Source: Antedon mediterranea (Eukaryota; Animalia; Echinodermata). Taken from it: a stretch of 64,000 nt of DNA. The position numbers and the translations under genes were made by a program. Below the pieces are notes generated by a model. The model searched no databases, was not told the origin of the DNA, and saw nothing but the letters and a program-made list of their open reading frames with translations. Shown here piece by piece: positions 24,826-38,655 of this stretch. The stretch spans positions 17,546,001 through 17,610,000 of the forward strand of contig NC_092674.1 of the NCBI RefSeq assembly GCF_964355755.1. The letters run 5' to 3'. The first letter of the stretch is position 1. The number at the start of each line of letters is the position of its first letter.

Positions 24826-25634
24826 TGTCGTGGTTCGGGAATCCTTAATATTGATTTGCTAGGTTTAGACCATTAAGGTTTGGTTTGTGAAGCCATGTAT
24901 CCCATGCAACGAAACAATACGCAAAATGAGGCTGTATTTACTCTGTATCGTTTATTTTTCTAAACAGGAACAACAAACAGGAACAACAAACCCTGTATAA
25001 AACAACGTCATAATTATTATGCATCAACAGTGTAATATAATTCAACAATAAAAACAATCACAAGCAAGCTTACTACAATATGGTCACTTCACTAATTATC
25101 AATTAGTATTACTGTATATAACATTTAACGAACTTATACCTGGATCCAATACACCAATTTCATACTACTAATCACGTCAACCTGGTAAGTTATCCAATTA
25201 ACTTCAACATGGTATGTTATACAACTAACTTCAACATGTATGCTATCTAATAAGACAAAGCTGTATATCAAAGAGAAATTATTAAACAGTGAATTCATGG
25301 TCATTACAAATAATGAACGATAACAACTTAACTCGGTTATGCACATGGAGTAATACTGTAAAACATTATGGTTGTTGTATAGAAAATATCTACTCACAGT
25401 ATTGGCGAGAATCCACACTTTAAAGAAATACAGTATATAACATGTCTTACTCAGACAACAACTAAAACAACTTCTGCAGAACCAACGCTCACGCAGCCTA
25501 TTCAATATAATCATTCACCTGATATGCAAATACGCCCGCGAATACCAGTAGTGAACAATAGCAATGCAATGCAATATATTGCGCCACCAATAATGTAGAT
25601 ATAAGAAACTTCGGAAGCTTTCCGATCCATTACA
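24826..25634 (-). repeat. Complete 809-bp Gypsy 5' LTR
   Basis: Minus strand TGTAATGG...CCACGACA with imperfect terminal inverted repeat, followed by the PBS. Confidence 0.95.
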
Positions 25635-26029
25635 ACAACACCATAGTAGAATGGGCTAACAAATGCATCTCTAGGCCTATTGTTACTAATAAAAAAAGGC
25701 CTACCATATAACGACAAATACGAGCAGGCCAACTGGTTTCGCGGGGCTGGCATGGGGCTTACCACATATGTCATACATAACATGACATTGGCTAGGCTAA
25801 CTAGGCCAAACAATTTTCAAAACTTTTAAATGCTAATTTATAGCATAAAATAAACTTCTTCTCCTACCTTAAATGCAAGCACACGTTCGACATAAATACA
25901 GCTACTACTAGAAGATCTTTTTCAAATGAATTTAATACTAAGTCGAGAGAATTTGTAAAAAGATGTTGTCTGTTGGCAAAATCTTATCATTGTTGTGAAT
26001 GTGTGAAACATGTGTGGAGAAGTCAGATA

Positions 26030-26120
26030 TTAATTACGTCACTTTCCAGTGCTCTGATTGTTCAACAATTTGAACACTTTAGTGACGTCATCAGTGCTCT
26101 CAGTGCTCTGATTGGTCAAA
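26030..26120 (-). promoter_or_regulatory. Putative promoter of the Dada-like transposase (CRE palindrome, CCAAT-type repeats); same at ~31236-31326
   Basis: TGACGTCA at 26083-26090 lies between two CAGTGCTCTGATTG(T/G)TCAA repeats, near the element end upstream of the minus-strand gene. Confidence 0.45.
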
Positions 26121-26187
26121 TTAGGCCATTGAATTGAACAACTCATGTTCCAATTCTACAGAACACATTGAGTTATTTGTAGCGCGG

Positions 26188-29100
26188 AGGGTACAGCTCA
26201 ATCTTCTCACTCGGAACGGTAAAGAACGCAAAAAGAAATGGACAAGAAATGGACAGAGCCATGTGGGGTCATTAAAACTGAATTGGACTGGGTCATTAGA
26301 TAATGAGGAAACTAGACAATTGGCCAATGGGACCCAAGAATCTAGGAGGTTGTTTTGAATACCGGCATACTAAAAACTGTCAATTTTAGGGGTTTATCAC
26401 ATGATCGATGTATTAAATGAATAAAAATATTAAATAATAGAATAATAAGACTTAAATTTTTTGGTAAAAGTCGAGAAAGTCGACATTTTTTTTATCCAAT
26501 TTTCGAAAAATCCTTGTACTACAGTACATGAATTTTGTTTTTTAAAACACGGTAAATTCGACTACAATATGTATGTTGTATTAATTCTTAGTTCTTTTAA
26601 TATGACGAGACGTTGTTTTTTGTTGTGTTTTTAGGGTGTGAACAAGTGTCAATCAAAATTGTATATATAATTATGTTACTATGTAACTATTTAAAAACCC
26701 ACCCTGACTTCTGATTGGCCAACCATATTCCAAGTAGTTTGATAAGTTAGCCTTTTAAAAAAATTGAGACAAAAATACCGTTAACTTTGTCTGGGGCTTT
26801 TTTTCTAGGCCACATGGTACTGTAGCCTATCATAGGATATGTGTAACTGTAAGAGGAGTAACTAAAGGTTACTGGATAATAACCTCTATAGTATGAGTTA
26901 TTATCAAAATATATTATTAGAATTGGTGGAATGAATTATTTGATTCACATAAAAATGAATTGTAGTGGAATTGCTCTTGAAATAAATATAAAATATTTGA
27001 GAATTTACACTACTAAGGAAATAGTCTTGACAAGAATATAGAATTCACCCTTTAATGTACACTCAACTGCAAAAGTTTCCCCTCTGCTTTTTTTGTAAGG
27101 GCTTGGGACCTTCAAATACAAAGTGCAATGAATGATATAATGTAAATTATAATGTAATAATTAAAACTGAATGTAATTTATAAAAATTACAAAATAATTT
27201 ACAACATTAATCATTGCTCTTTGGATTTGGCAGCATTAAAAACTTTTTTTTATTATTCTTCTTCTTAACTTTACTGCACATTCAGAATACCATTAGATAT
27301 GGTGGCCCAATGGCCAAATTGCATAAAATACAAATATTTTGTAAAAAGTGAATATAAAATCACAGAACAACAAAAAATTGAAGATATACGAAACAGTATA
27401 AAAACTATCCATGGCTACAACAATCATTTGGAATCATTCTTTTTGCTGCTTTTTTTTCCTCTCTTGACGAAGGCGACGGATGGCAACCATAGCCGATTTC
27501 CATTCTTTAAAAGTCACATCAGATGTTGCAGCACAATACCAATTTCCATAGTACTGAGTGTAGTTCTTATTTAATCTTGGTTGCTTACACTTTGAGCACA
27601 CAATCGCAGACGTTCTTGGTTTGTATATTTTGATCGGTTTCCCTTCCGATATGTCTTTAGCCACTCGTTTTCTGTACAAGAGGGTAGTTCTAGGAATCCG
27701 AGTACTGCTAGCCTCAGGGACTGATGGTGGTGGTTTTGCTATCTCGCCTGGAACTGGGATCGACGGTCCGTTTCCTAGAGTCGCTAGGCCGGAAGTGTTT
27801 TTTGGTAGGACAAATGTGAAAGATGGAGCGCTTGTATGAACGTTTAGCACCGCTGGCTTGGTTAAAGGTTCAAGTAGGGTTTTATCAGAGACAAGTTTGG
27901 GTATTGTTGCTGAGATGCCAGATTCCAACACTTGCCGCTCTTGCTTCTTTGACGTTCTGTTGTACCTGTTGAAAATAAATCAAACACAGTATTTAAAAAC
28001 TTTAATGTATTTACTGTAGCGTAAAATAACAATCAATAACAAGTAAAAACTCACCACTGGATGAGTGTCGTACGATTTATCTCCATCAACTGAAGCTTAG
28101 CAAACAACATCAGGTGTCCATTCGATAGCACTTTCCGACTAATGTTCTTGTAGCCTTTGGTAATGAGCGGCCAGCGCTGGAAACGTTTACCTTCGATAGA
28201 TACGGTAGATGGATACGCTTCACATAGTTTTGTAATAATGCACTCCGTATATCGATTGCAGTCCGGCCACTGAGCTGGCCCGGTGTTCTGACCTAAGAAG
28301 CATCTTTTTAAAAAAAAACAAAGAAACAAGTTAGATTTAAGACACATCATGCAACAAAGTAAAAAACGCTGGAAACTGCCTTACCGTCGAGTGCTTTCGA
28401 AACCAGGTATTACGGAAGTAGTTTTACTTTTCTTGAACCTGCCTTTCGTCAGGTAATCTTGATGCCGTGCTTTGCGTTTAATGGTTTTGTCATAAGCATC
28501 CAGGTTGTTCCACAACTTTGCGACATGTTCAGCATGACTTTGACTTATCACTCCACTGTCTTCCTTAAACTGCATAAGGTAGTCTGCCAGGGCTTCAACT
28601 TTGGCGTAGCCTGGAATGTTGTCCGGTCCAGTGGAATCCTCAAGTTCCTAAATTGTAAAATATGAAAACAAAATATATAATCAGACTCGTGCATTGTATT
28701 TCAAAACAGAAACAAAATTCGTGAGGTAGAAGCTAATGATACAAATTTAACTCACTGTGTCATAAAAGGGCTGCTTTTCCTTCACCATCATCATCATCAT
28801 TATCGTCACATGAAGGCAAGGGCTCCAGCTGGGGTGGTGAGGGTTCTTTAGCATTTCGAGGTTTAAAACAACGCTTAGGTGGTTTGTAGTCTGGTTGAGT
28901 CTTGTCATCATACCCTTCATCAACATCAAAAGTGTAAATTTCTTCATCAAAGTCTTCATCATAAATGGTATCTGTTTTGACAGGAAATTGAGTTTCGAGC
29001 ACTTTGTTCGACTGGTTGTACAGGTACTCCACTCCGATGAGTCCTCCGGTGTACTTTTTTGGGATGATAAAACTTTTGTACACTTTTTTTCCAATCATTT

Positions 29101-31387
29101 GCTTTGCTAGTTTGTTGAGAGCACGCTGGTGCAGCCCACTATATGTACTGGAGGATGGGTGCTCCAGACTGGGTAGCATCTAGTGCCCGGTTTGCGTTCC
29201 ATCGAACAAGTCCATTCATATCATGTAAGCCTGGAAATGTAAGTTGCTAGCACGCTCACCTGAGAGAAAAAAAAACATCCATAATGATTAAATAATTCAA
29301 AAAATAAATAGATAGGTTTAAAGATTAAGTGGATACCAAATAAACAGTAATACCTGGATTGAACCTGTTAAGGTAAAGGCGAATAGATTCCAAAGAAGAA
29401 GTGGAGTCTCTTGGCAAGGTAACTACTCTAACCTTAATCATCTAGCACTGGTTTTTTCTGGGTTCTGTATGCAGGCGATGTGTCCAGAGAGCCCAAGACA
29501 TCACATTCATTGTTGGTGTTTCCGTCCACCCTTCACACCTCCTTCAAGGCATCTTGAAGTACAGCATCAGGATTTAGACACTTGTGGTTGGTCTTGTTAA
29601 ATAATATTACTGCAGCAGGTGTGTATCTTCACTTCGCTGAAAAGTTGGTCTTAAGAAAACTAAAGAAACTGATCAAAGGCAAGAATATAATGTAAATTAA
29701 AATATATGATAAAACAAAATGTTACCGTATAATGCCACTGTGCACCATGCAGTTGTAGTAAATGGCTGTAGATTTTATAAGAAAATTAGATCTAAATAAA
29801 ATATCGGTGGGTTGAAATTTCTCAAGTGATAATTAATAGTAGACCAAGACTTTAAATGTAAATAAAATACCAATAAAATGAATCAAATGTAGCATTAAAA
29901 CAAATCAACTAAGAACAAATTAATTTTCTTATCTGAATTAAGAATTAAGAAAATATTATTTTACACACTTTTATGAATTATAAATAATGTTTTTTTGTTT
30001 TACGAAATTAAAAACAATTTACAAAGGCAGCATTACAACATAAATTTGATGTAATTGAATAGTCTTTGTTTATTAATGTATAATCTTTGATTCAGAGCAT
30101 TTTCTTTTATGCAATCAAGTTATTTGAGAATCTTATCTAAATCCACAAATACAATTGATTGTCTAATTAAACGAATGATTTGGATCAAAGAGTTGAAGCC
30201 TACACTTACAATAATAATACAAAACAATCATTATAAAAGTTAAATTGTTTTTCTATATCATAGAAGGGTAGACATAGCTTTATTTAGTTTGTTTTGTCAT
30301 ACCACGGTGATTAATTGTTTTATATTGTTTAAATTTAGGGTTAAAATCTATTTAAAAAAATTAATATTAACATTTTTTGCATCAAAATTAAATTTTGAAG
30401 AATAGCTCACTTTAAACGAAAAATTCATCTATTACAATTACTAACTAGGCCTACTTACTACTACTAGTAGTAGGATTGTTAAAATATTAAATAAATAAAA
30501 AAGTCTAGGCCAAAAGGGAGCCCTAAAAATATACTAGCACTAGCAGTAGCAGCAGGCCCATTGGAAAACAAAGATCTAGGCTAACTAAAAGAGTGGCACA
30601 GAGAAAATCCTACCTTTGTTTGTTAATAATAATTAATATAGCTAGGCCTAGTAGGGGCTAATAATACTAAACTACTAGGCTAGTAGTAGTACTAAAGTAA
30701 CTATACTATAGTAGTACCTTACATAGCTTAGCTAGGCCTAACTAATAAATGATAATATTAATACTACTGTAATAATATTAATAATATAAATTATCATCAT
30801 TTTTTAGGGCCTAGCCTATAGTGTGCAAACAATGTAAATAACAACACCATAGTAGAATGGGCTAACAAATGCATCTCTAGGCCTATTGTTACTAATAAAA
30901 AAAGGCCTACCATATAACGACAAATACGAGCAGGCCAACTGGTTTCGCGGGGCTGGCATGGGGCTTACCACATATGTCATACATAACATGACATTGGCTA
31001 GGCTAGCTAGGCCAAACAATTTTCAAAACTTTTAAATGCTAATTTATAGCATAAAATAAACTTCTTCTCCTACCTTAAATGCAAGCACACGTTCGACATA
31101 AATACAGCTACTACTAGAAGATCTTTTTCAAATGAATTTAATACTAAGTCGAGAGAATTTGTAAAAAGATGTTGTCTGTTGGCAAAATCTTATCATTGTT
31201 GTGAATGTGTGAAACATGTGTGGAGAAGTCAGATATTAATTACGTCACTTTCCAGTGCTCTGATTGTTCAACAATTTGAACACTTTAGTGACGTCATCAG
31301 TGCTCTCAGTGCTCTGATTGGTCAAATTAGGCCATTGAATTGAACAACTCATGTTCCAATTCTACAGAACACATTGAGTTATTTGTA
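26188..31387 (-). mobile_element. Dada-like DNA transposon, non-autonomous copy 2 (5,200 bp)
   Basis: Near-identical to copy 1 (only a handful of substitutions seen) and lacks the Gypsy. Flanked by a perfect 6-bp repeat GCGCGG (26182-26187, 31388-31393). Confidence 0.78.
27434..29548 (-). pseudogene. Dada-like transposase remnant, 3' exons (copy 2)
   Basis: Same exons and translations as copy 1 at offset 12218. Confidence 0.85.
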
Positions 31388-34350
31388 GCGCGGGGGACCA
31401 TAGGAATTTTTAGCAAAAATGACCAAAATTTCAACTTTTTAAAATTCAATAATTATGCTATAATATTGCCATTTATGCACATATATTGTGCTAACATCAT
31501 CTAATAGAGCCATAGTTACTAGTTATGTCAAAAAATAAAAGGATCGAAAAATGCCAAAATTTTCCACTTTTTAAAATTAAATAATTATGCTATAATATTG
31601 CCATTAATGCAAATATATTGTGCTAACATCCTCTTATAGAGCCATAGTAACTAGTTATGTCAAAAAATAAAAGGGTCGAAATTTGGCCATTTTCCGAAAA
31701 TTTCCCGTCGGGGGACAACAAGAATTTTTTCGAAAAATAACCAAAATGTCTACCATTTAAAATTCAATAATTTGGCTATAATATATCCATTTATGCACAT
31801 ATATTGTGTTAACATCGTCTTATAGAGCCATAGTAACTAGTTATGTCAACAAATAAAAGTATCGAAATTTTGCCATTTTCCGACAATTTCCCTGCGGGGA
31901 CCAGAGGAAATTTTTTCGAGAAATAACCAAAATTTCCACTTTTTAAAATTCGAAAATTATGCTATAATATTGCCATTGATACAAATATATTGTGCTAACA
32001 TCTTATAGAGCCATAGTAACTACTTATGTCAAAAAATAAAAGGGTTGAAATTTGGCCATTTTCCGGAAATTTCCCTGCGGGGTCCATAGAAATTTTTTTC
32101 GAAAAATAGACAAAATTTCCACTTTTTGAAAATTCGATAATTATGCTATAATATTGCCATTTATGCAAATATATTGTGCTAACATCAACTTATAGAGACA
32201 TAGCAACTAGTTATGTAAAAAAATAAATGGGTCAACATTTGGATATTTTCCAAAAATTTCGCTGCGGAGGACCATAGGAATTTTTTCCGAAAAATAGCAA
32301 ACTGCGGGGTACCATAGGAATTTTTTCGAAAAATGGCAAAAATTTCCACTTTTCCAAATTCGAAAATTATGCTATAATGTTGCCATTTTCACAGATATAT
32401 TTTGCTAACATCATCTTATAGAGCCATATAAACTAGTTATTTCAAAAAACAAAAGGGTCGAAAAATTGCATAGTTTCGAAAATTTTTCAGCGGGAGACCA
32501 TAGGAATTTTTTTCGAAAAATGGCAAAAATTCCCGATTTTTAAAATTTAGTAATTATTCTATAATATTGCCATAATTTATGCACATATATTGTGTTAAAA
32601 TCATCTAATAGAGCGATCATAACTAGTTATGTCAAAAAATAAATGGGTCGAAATTTGGCCATTTTTCGAAATTTCTCTGCGGTGGACCACAGGAATTTTT
32701 TCGAAAAATAACCAAAATATCCACATTTTAAAATTCAATAATTAGGCTATAATATGCCAGTTATGCACATATATTGTGTTAAAATCATCTTATAGACCCA
32801 TAGTCACTAGTTATATCAAAAAATAAAAGGGTCGAAATTTGGCCATTTTTCGAAAATTTTCCTTCGGAGGACCATAGTAATTTTTTTCAAAAATGGCCAA
32901 AATTTTCCACTTTTTCAAATTCAATAATTATGCTATAATATTGCCATTTATGCACATATATTGTGCTAACATCATCTTATAGAGCCATATCAACTAGTTA
33001 TGTTAAAAAACAAAAGGGTCGAAAAATTGCAAAATTTTCCACTTTTTAAAATTCAATAATTATGCTATAATATTGCCATTTTTGCAAATATATTGTGCTA
33101 ACATCATCTTATAGAGCCATAGTTACTAGTTATATCAAAAAATAAAAGGGTCGAAATTTGGCAATTTTTCGAAAATTTTCCTGCGGGGACCATAGGAATT
33201 TTTTCGAAAAATGGCAAAAATTTCCAATTTTTAAATTCTATAATTAGGCTATAATATTGCCATTCATGCACATATATTGTGCTAACATCATCTTATAGAG
33301 CAATAGCAACTACTTATGTCAAAATATAAAAGGGTCGAAAATGACCAAAATTTCCACCTTTTAAAATTCAATAATTATGCTATAATTGCACATATATTGT
33401 GTTAACATCATCTTATAGAGTAACTAGTTACATCAAAAAATAAAAGTGTCGAAATTCGGCCATATTCGAAAATTTTCCTGCGGGGGACCATAGGAATTTT
33501 TTCGAAAAATGGACAAAATTTCAAATTTCTAAAATTCGAAAATTATGCTATAATATTGCCATTTATGCAAATATATTGTGCTAACATCATCTTATAGACC
33601 CATAGTTACTAGTTATATCAAAAAATAAAAGGGTCGAAATTTGGCCATTTTTCAAAAATTTTCCTTCGGGGGACCATAGGAATTTTTTTCAAAAATGGCC
33701 AAAATTTCCACTTTCTAAAATTCCAAAATTATGTTATAATATTGCCATTTATGCACATATTTTGTGCTAACATCATCTTATAGAGCCATAGCAACTAATT
33801 ATGTCAAAAAACAAAAGTGTCGAAAAATTGAAAAATTTTCCACTTTTTTAAATTCAATAATTATGCTATAATATTGCCATTTATGCACATATATTGTGCT
33901 AACATCATCTTATAGAGCCATATCAACTAGTTATGTTAAAAAACAAAAGGGTCGAAAAATTGCAAAATTTTCCACTTTTTAAAATTCAATAATTATGCTA
34001 TAATATTGCCATTTTATCAAATATATTGTGCTAACATCATCTTATAGAGCCATAGTTACTAGTTATATCAAAAAATAAAAGGGTCGAAATTTGGCCATTT
34101 TTCGAAAATTTTCCTTCGGGGGACCATAGGAATTTTTTTCAAAAATGGCCAAAAATTTCCACTTTCTAAAATTCCAAAATTATGTTATAATATTGCCATT
34201 CATGCACATATTTTGTGCTAACATCATCTTATAGAGCCATAGCAACTAATTATGTCAAAAAACAAAAGGGTCGAAAAATGGAAACATTTTCCACTTTTTC
34301 AAATTCAATAATTATGCTATAATATTGCCATTTATGCACATATATTGTGT

Positions 34351-35309
34351 TAGACTTGCCCCAAGTCTGTATTATCTTTTTTTTTTTATTTATTTGTTTT
34401 TATTTCAACCGCGATTTTTGTCTGAAAATACAGACTTGTGAAACACGTATAGAAATCGATTTGCAGACCGCAAACATCCGATAAGAATGACGTAGGTTAT
34501 CATACCGTATTTGGCTATATGGGGCGGGCGGTATGTAAATATGGATTTCGAATCAACCAATGATCACTTTGTTTCAAAATGAAAAAGATCGAGTACGGAC
34601 AGTGCTGAATGTACGATCGAGACTGTTGAAATATAAAATCGTAATGCCAAGTTGTTTTGTTTATTAATTGTTTAGTCCTTGGCCTAGGCCTCTTTCGTAG
34701 GTCCTACTCAACTTGCACGTATGACCTGCCAAATAAAACGCCAATAAAGTAGGCCTACATACCACCGGCACACAACAGGGCTACACCACCACACAGAACC
34801 GGAAAGGGTCTGGGTGGGAATTAAATCAAAATTATCTCCGCGTAATAAATGATCCATTCAATGTTTGATTTGCGGAGAAGCTAGCCTATCATATCAAGAC
34901 GAGTTTTCATGTTCTTGGGAAAAATCCCATCAAATGTTTACCAGACTACTAGGCCTAGGCATATTAAAATAATTTCTAGCCTTCAGAAACTTTCATAAAT
35001 GTACCCAAGTACACATTGTCTAAACGTAACATAGCGCATGCGCATCATCTTAGTTGTTGAGTCTTTGAAATTCTGAAATATGAATATTTAAAACGGTGTA
35101 CGAGTGAGTAGCCAATCGCATGCAGCTGAAACTAGTCAACCGGATAATCGTATGCACCAAGAATTCTTGGTGTCAAACCACGTGACTTGTTCGTGTTTCC
35201 CCAGACGGAGTATTCAAAATCAAGTAGTATACGTATGAAACTCCATATGTGCCAAAATATTTATCTTTTTACTAATATTAAGACAAAACTCCGTCTGGAA
35301 CCCAGACTA
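34351..35309. mobile_element. AcademH-like non-autonomous DNA transposon (959 bp)
   Basis: TAG...CTA termini, each a small hairpin (AGACTTG-CCC-CAAGTCT; GTCTGG-AAC-CCAGAC). 9-bp TSD ATATTGTGT (34342-34350, 35310-35318). Confidence 0.8.
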
Positions 35310-37697
35310 ATATTGTGTTAACATCATCTTATAGAGCCATAGTAACTAGTTACATCAAAAAATAAAAGTGTCGAAATTCGGCCATTTTCGAAAATTTTCC
35401 TGCGGGGGACCATCGGAATTTTATTGAAAAATGGAAACAATTTCCACTTTTTAAAATTCAAACATTATGCTATAATATTTCCATTTTTGCAAATATATTG
35501 TGCTAACATCATCTCATAGAGCCATAGTAAATAGTTATGTCAAAAAATAAAAGGGTCAAAATTTGGCCATTTTTCGAAAATTTGCCTACGGGACACCATA
35601 GGAATTTTTTCGAAAAATTGCAAAAATTTCCACTTTTCAAAATTCGATAATTATTCTATAATGTTGCCATTTATACAGATATATTTTGCTAACATTAACC
35701 AAAATGTCCACCGTTTAAAATTCAATTATTAGGCTATAATATTGCCATTTATGCACATATATTGTGTTAACATCATCTTATAAAGCCATAGTAACGAGTT
35801 ATGTCAAAAAATAAAAGGGTCGAAATTTGACCATTTTTCGAAAATTTTCCTTCGGAGGACCATAGTAATTTTTTTCAAAAATGGCCAAAATTTCCACTTT
35901 CTAAAATTCCAAAATTATGTTATAATATTGCCATTTATGCACATATTTTGTGGTAACATCATCTTATAGAGCCATAGTAACTAATTATGTCAAAAAACAA
36001 AAGGGTCGAAAAATGGAAAAATTTTCCACTTTTTCAAATTCAATAATTATGCTATAATATTGCCATTTATGCACATATATTGTGCTAACATCATCTTAAA
36101 GAGACATAGTAACTAGTTATGTCAAAAAATAAAAGGGTCGAAAAATGCCAAAATTTTCCACTTTTTAAAGTTAAATAATTATGCTATAATATTGCCATTA
36201 ATGCAAATATATTGTGCTAACATCCTCTTATAGAGCCATAGTAACTAGTTATGTTAAAAAATAAAAGGGTCGAAATTTGACCATTTTCCGAAAATTTCCC
36301 GTCGGGGGACGACAAGAATTTTTTCGAAAAATAACCAAAATGTCTACCATTTAAAATTCAATAATTTGGCTATAATATATCCATTTATGCACATATATTG
36401 TGTTAACATCATCTTATAGAGCCATAGTAACTAGTTATGTCAACAAATAAAAGTGTTGAAATTTTGCCATTTTCCGACAATTTCCCTGCGGGGACCAGAG
36501 GAAATTTTTTCGAGAAATAACCAAAATTTCCACTTTTTAAAATTCGAAAATTATGCTATAATATTGCCATTGATACAAATATATTGTGCTAACATGATCT
36601 TATAGAGCCATAGTAACTAGTTATGTCAAAAAATAAAAGGGTTGAAATTTGGCCATTTTCCAGAAATTTCCCTGCAGGGTCCATAGAAATTTTTTTCGAA
36701 AAATAGACAAAATTTCCACTTTTTGAAAATTCGATAATTATGCTATAATATTGCCATTTATGCAAATATATTGTGCTAACATCAACTTATAGAGACATAG
36801 CAACTAGTTATGTCAAAAAATAAATGGGTCAACATTTGGATATTTTCCAAAAATTTCGCTGCGGAGGACCATAGGAATTTTTTCCGAAAAATAGCAAACT
36901 GCGGTGTACCATAGGAATTTTTTCGAAAAATGGCAAAAATTTCCACTTTTCCAAATTCGAAAATTATGCTATAATGTTGCCATTTTCACAGATATATTTT
37001 GCTAACATCATCTTATAGAGCCATATAAACTAGTTATTTCAAAAAACAAAAGGGTCGAAAAATTGCATAGTTTCGAAAATTTTTCAGCGGGAGACCATAG
37101 GAATTTTTTTCGAAAAATGGCAAAAATTCCCAATTTTTAAGATTTAGTAATTATTCTATAATATTGCCATAATTTATGCACATATATTGTGTTAAAATCA
37201 TCTAATAGAGCGATCATAACTAGTTATGTCAAAAAATAAATGGGTCGAAATTTGGCCATTTTTCGAAATTTCTCTGCGGTGGACCACAGGAATTTTTTCG
37301 AAAAATAACCAAAATATCCACATTTTAAAATTCAATAATTAGGCTATAATATTGCCATTTATGCAAATATATTGTGCTAACATCATCTTATAGACCCATA
37401 GTTACTAGTTATATCAAAAAATAAAAGGGTCGAAATTTGGCCATTTTTCGAAAATTTTCCTTCGGAGGACCATAGGAATTTTTTTCAAAAATGGCCAAAA
37501 ATTTCCACTTTCTAAAATTCCAAAATTATGTTATAATATTGCCATTCATGCACATATTTTGTGCTAACATCATCTTATAGAGCCATAGCAACTAATTATG
37601 TCAAAAAAACAAAAGGGTCGAAAAATGGAAACATTTTCCACTTTTTCAAATTCAATAATTATGCTATAATATTGCCATTTATGCACATATATTGTGT

Positions 37698-38655
37698 TAG
37701 ACTTGCCCCAAGTCTGTATTATCTTTTTTTTTTATTTATTTGTTTTTATTTCAAGCGCGATTTTTGTCTGAAAATACAGACTTGTGAAACACGTATAGAA
37801 ATCGATTTGCAGACCGCAAACATCCGATAAGAATGACGTAGGTTATCATACCGTATTTGGCTATATGGGGCGGGCGGTATGTAAATATGGATTTCGAATC
37901 AACCAATGATCACTTTGTTTCAAAATGAAAAAGATCGAGTACGGACAGTGCTGAATGTACGATCGAGACTGTTGAAATATAAAATCGTAATGCCAAGTTG
38001 TTTTGTTTATTAATTGTTTAGTCCTTGGCCTAGGCCTCTTTCGTAGGTCCTACTCAACTCGCACGTATGACCTGCCAAATAAAACGCCAATAAAGTAGGC
38101 CTACATACCACCGGCACACAACAGGGCTACACCACCACACAGAACAGGAGAGGGTCTGGGTGGGAATTAAATCAAAATTATCTCCGCGTAATAAATGATC
38201 CATTCAATGTTTGATTTGCGGAGAAGCTAGCCTATCATATCAAGACGAGTTTTCATGTTCTTGGGAAAAATCCCATCAAATGTTTACCAGACTACTAGGC
38301 CTAGGCATATTAAAATAATTTCTAGCCTTCAGAAACTTTCATAAATGTACCCAAGTACACATTGTCTAAACGTAACATAGCGCATGCGCATCATCTTAGT
38401 TGTTGAGTCTTTGAAATTCTGAAATATGAATATTTAAAACGGTGTACGAGTGAGTAGCCAATCGCATGCAGCTGAAACTAGTCAACCGGATAATCGTATG
38501 CACCAAGAATTCTTGGTGTCAAACCACGTGACTTGTGCGTGTTTCCCCAGACGGAGTATTCAAAATCAAGTAGTATACGTATGAAACTCCATATGTGCCA
38601 AAATATTTATCTTTTTACTAATATTAAGACAAAACTCCGTCTGGAACCCAGACTA
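37698..38655. mobile_element. Second copy of the AcademH-like element, same insertion site
   Basis: Near-identical sequence, identical TSD ATATTGTGT and identical satellite flanks, so it was duplicated with the array. Confidence 0.8.

Larger units (their letters stand above)
18627..25634. mobile_element. Ty3/Gypsy LTR retrotransposon with internally inverted coding region
   Basis: TG...CA termini. 4-bp TSD ACAA (18623-18626, 25635-25638), confirmed by the empty site TAACAACACCATAG in Dada-like copy 2 (~30839-30852). LTRs and PBS are on the minus strand, while gag-pol and PPT are on the plus strand. Confidence 0.97.
13970..26181 (-). mobile_element. Dada-like DNA transposon, non-autonomous copy 1 (5,200 bp plus nested Gypsy)
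   Basis: Starts AGGGTACAGCTCAATCTTCTC and ends CAGAACACATTGAGTTATTTGTA. No true TIRs, only a subterminal CTCAAT/ATTGAG dyad. Flanked by GCGCAA (13964-13969) and GCGCGG (26182-26187). Carries a spliced transposase remnant. Superfamily call is from recalled motifs. Confidence 0.75.

Noticed and set aside
18627-25634. DIRS/Ngaro-like split or inverted terminal repeats
   Set aside because: The element has a DDE integrase, protease, PBS, PPT and a 4-bp TSD, and no tyrosine recombinase. A single inversion explains the repeat layout.
13970-31387. Host gene segmental duplication or Crypton element
   Set aside because: Sharp ends inside a satellite monomer, a third dispersed copy with the same terminus, and transposase-like rather than tyrosine-recombinase motifs.
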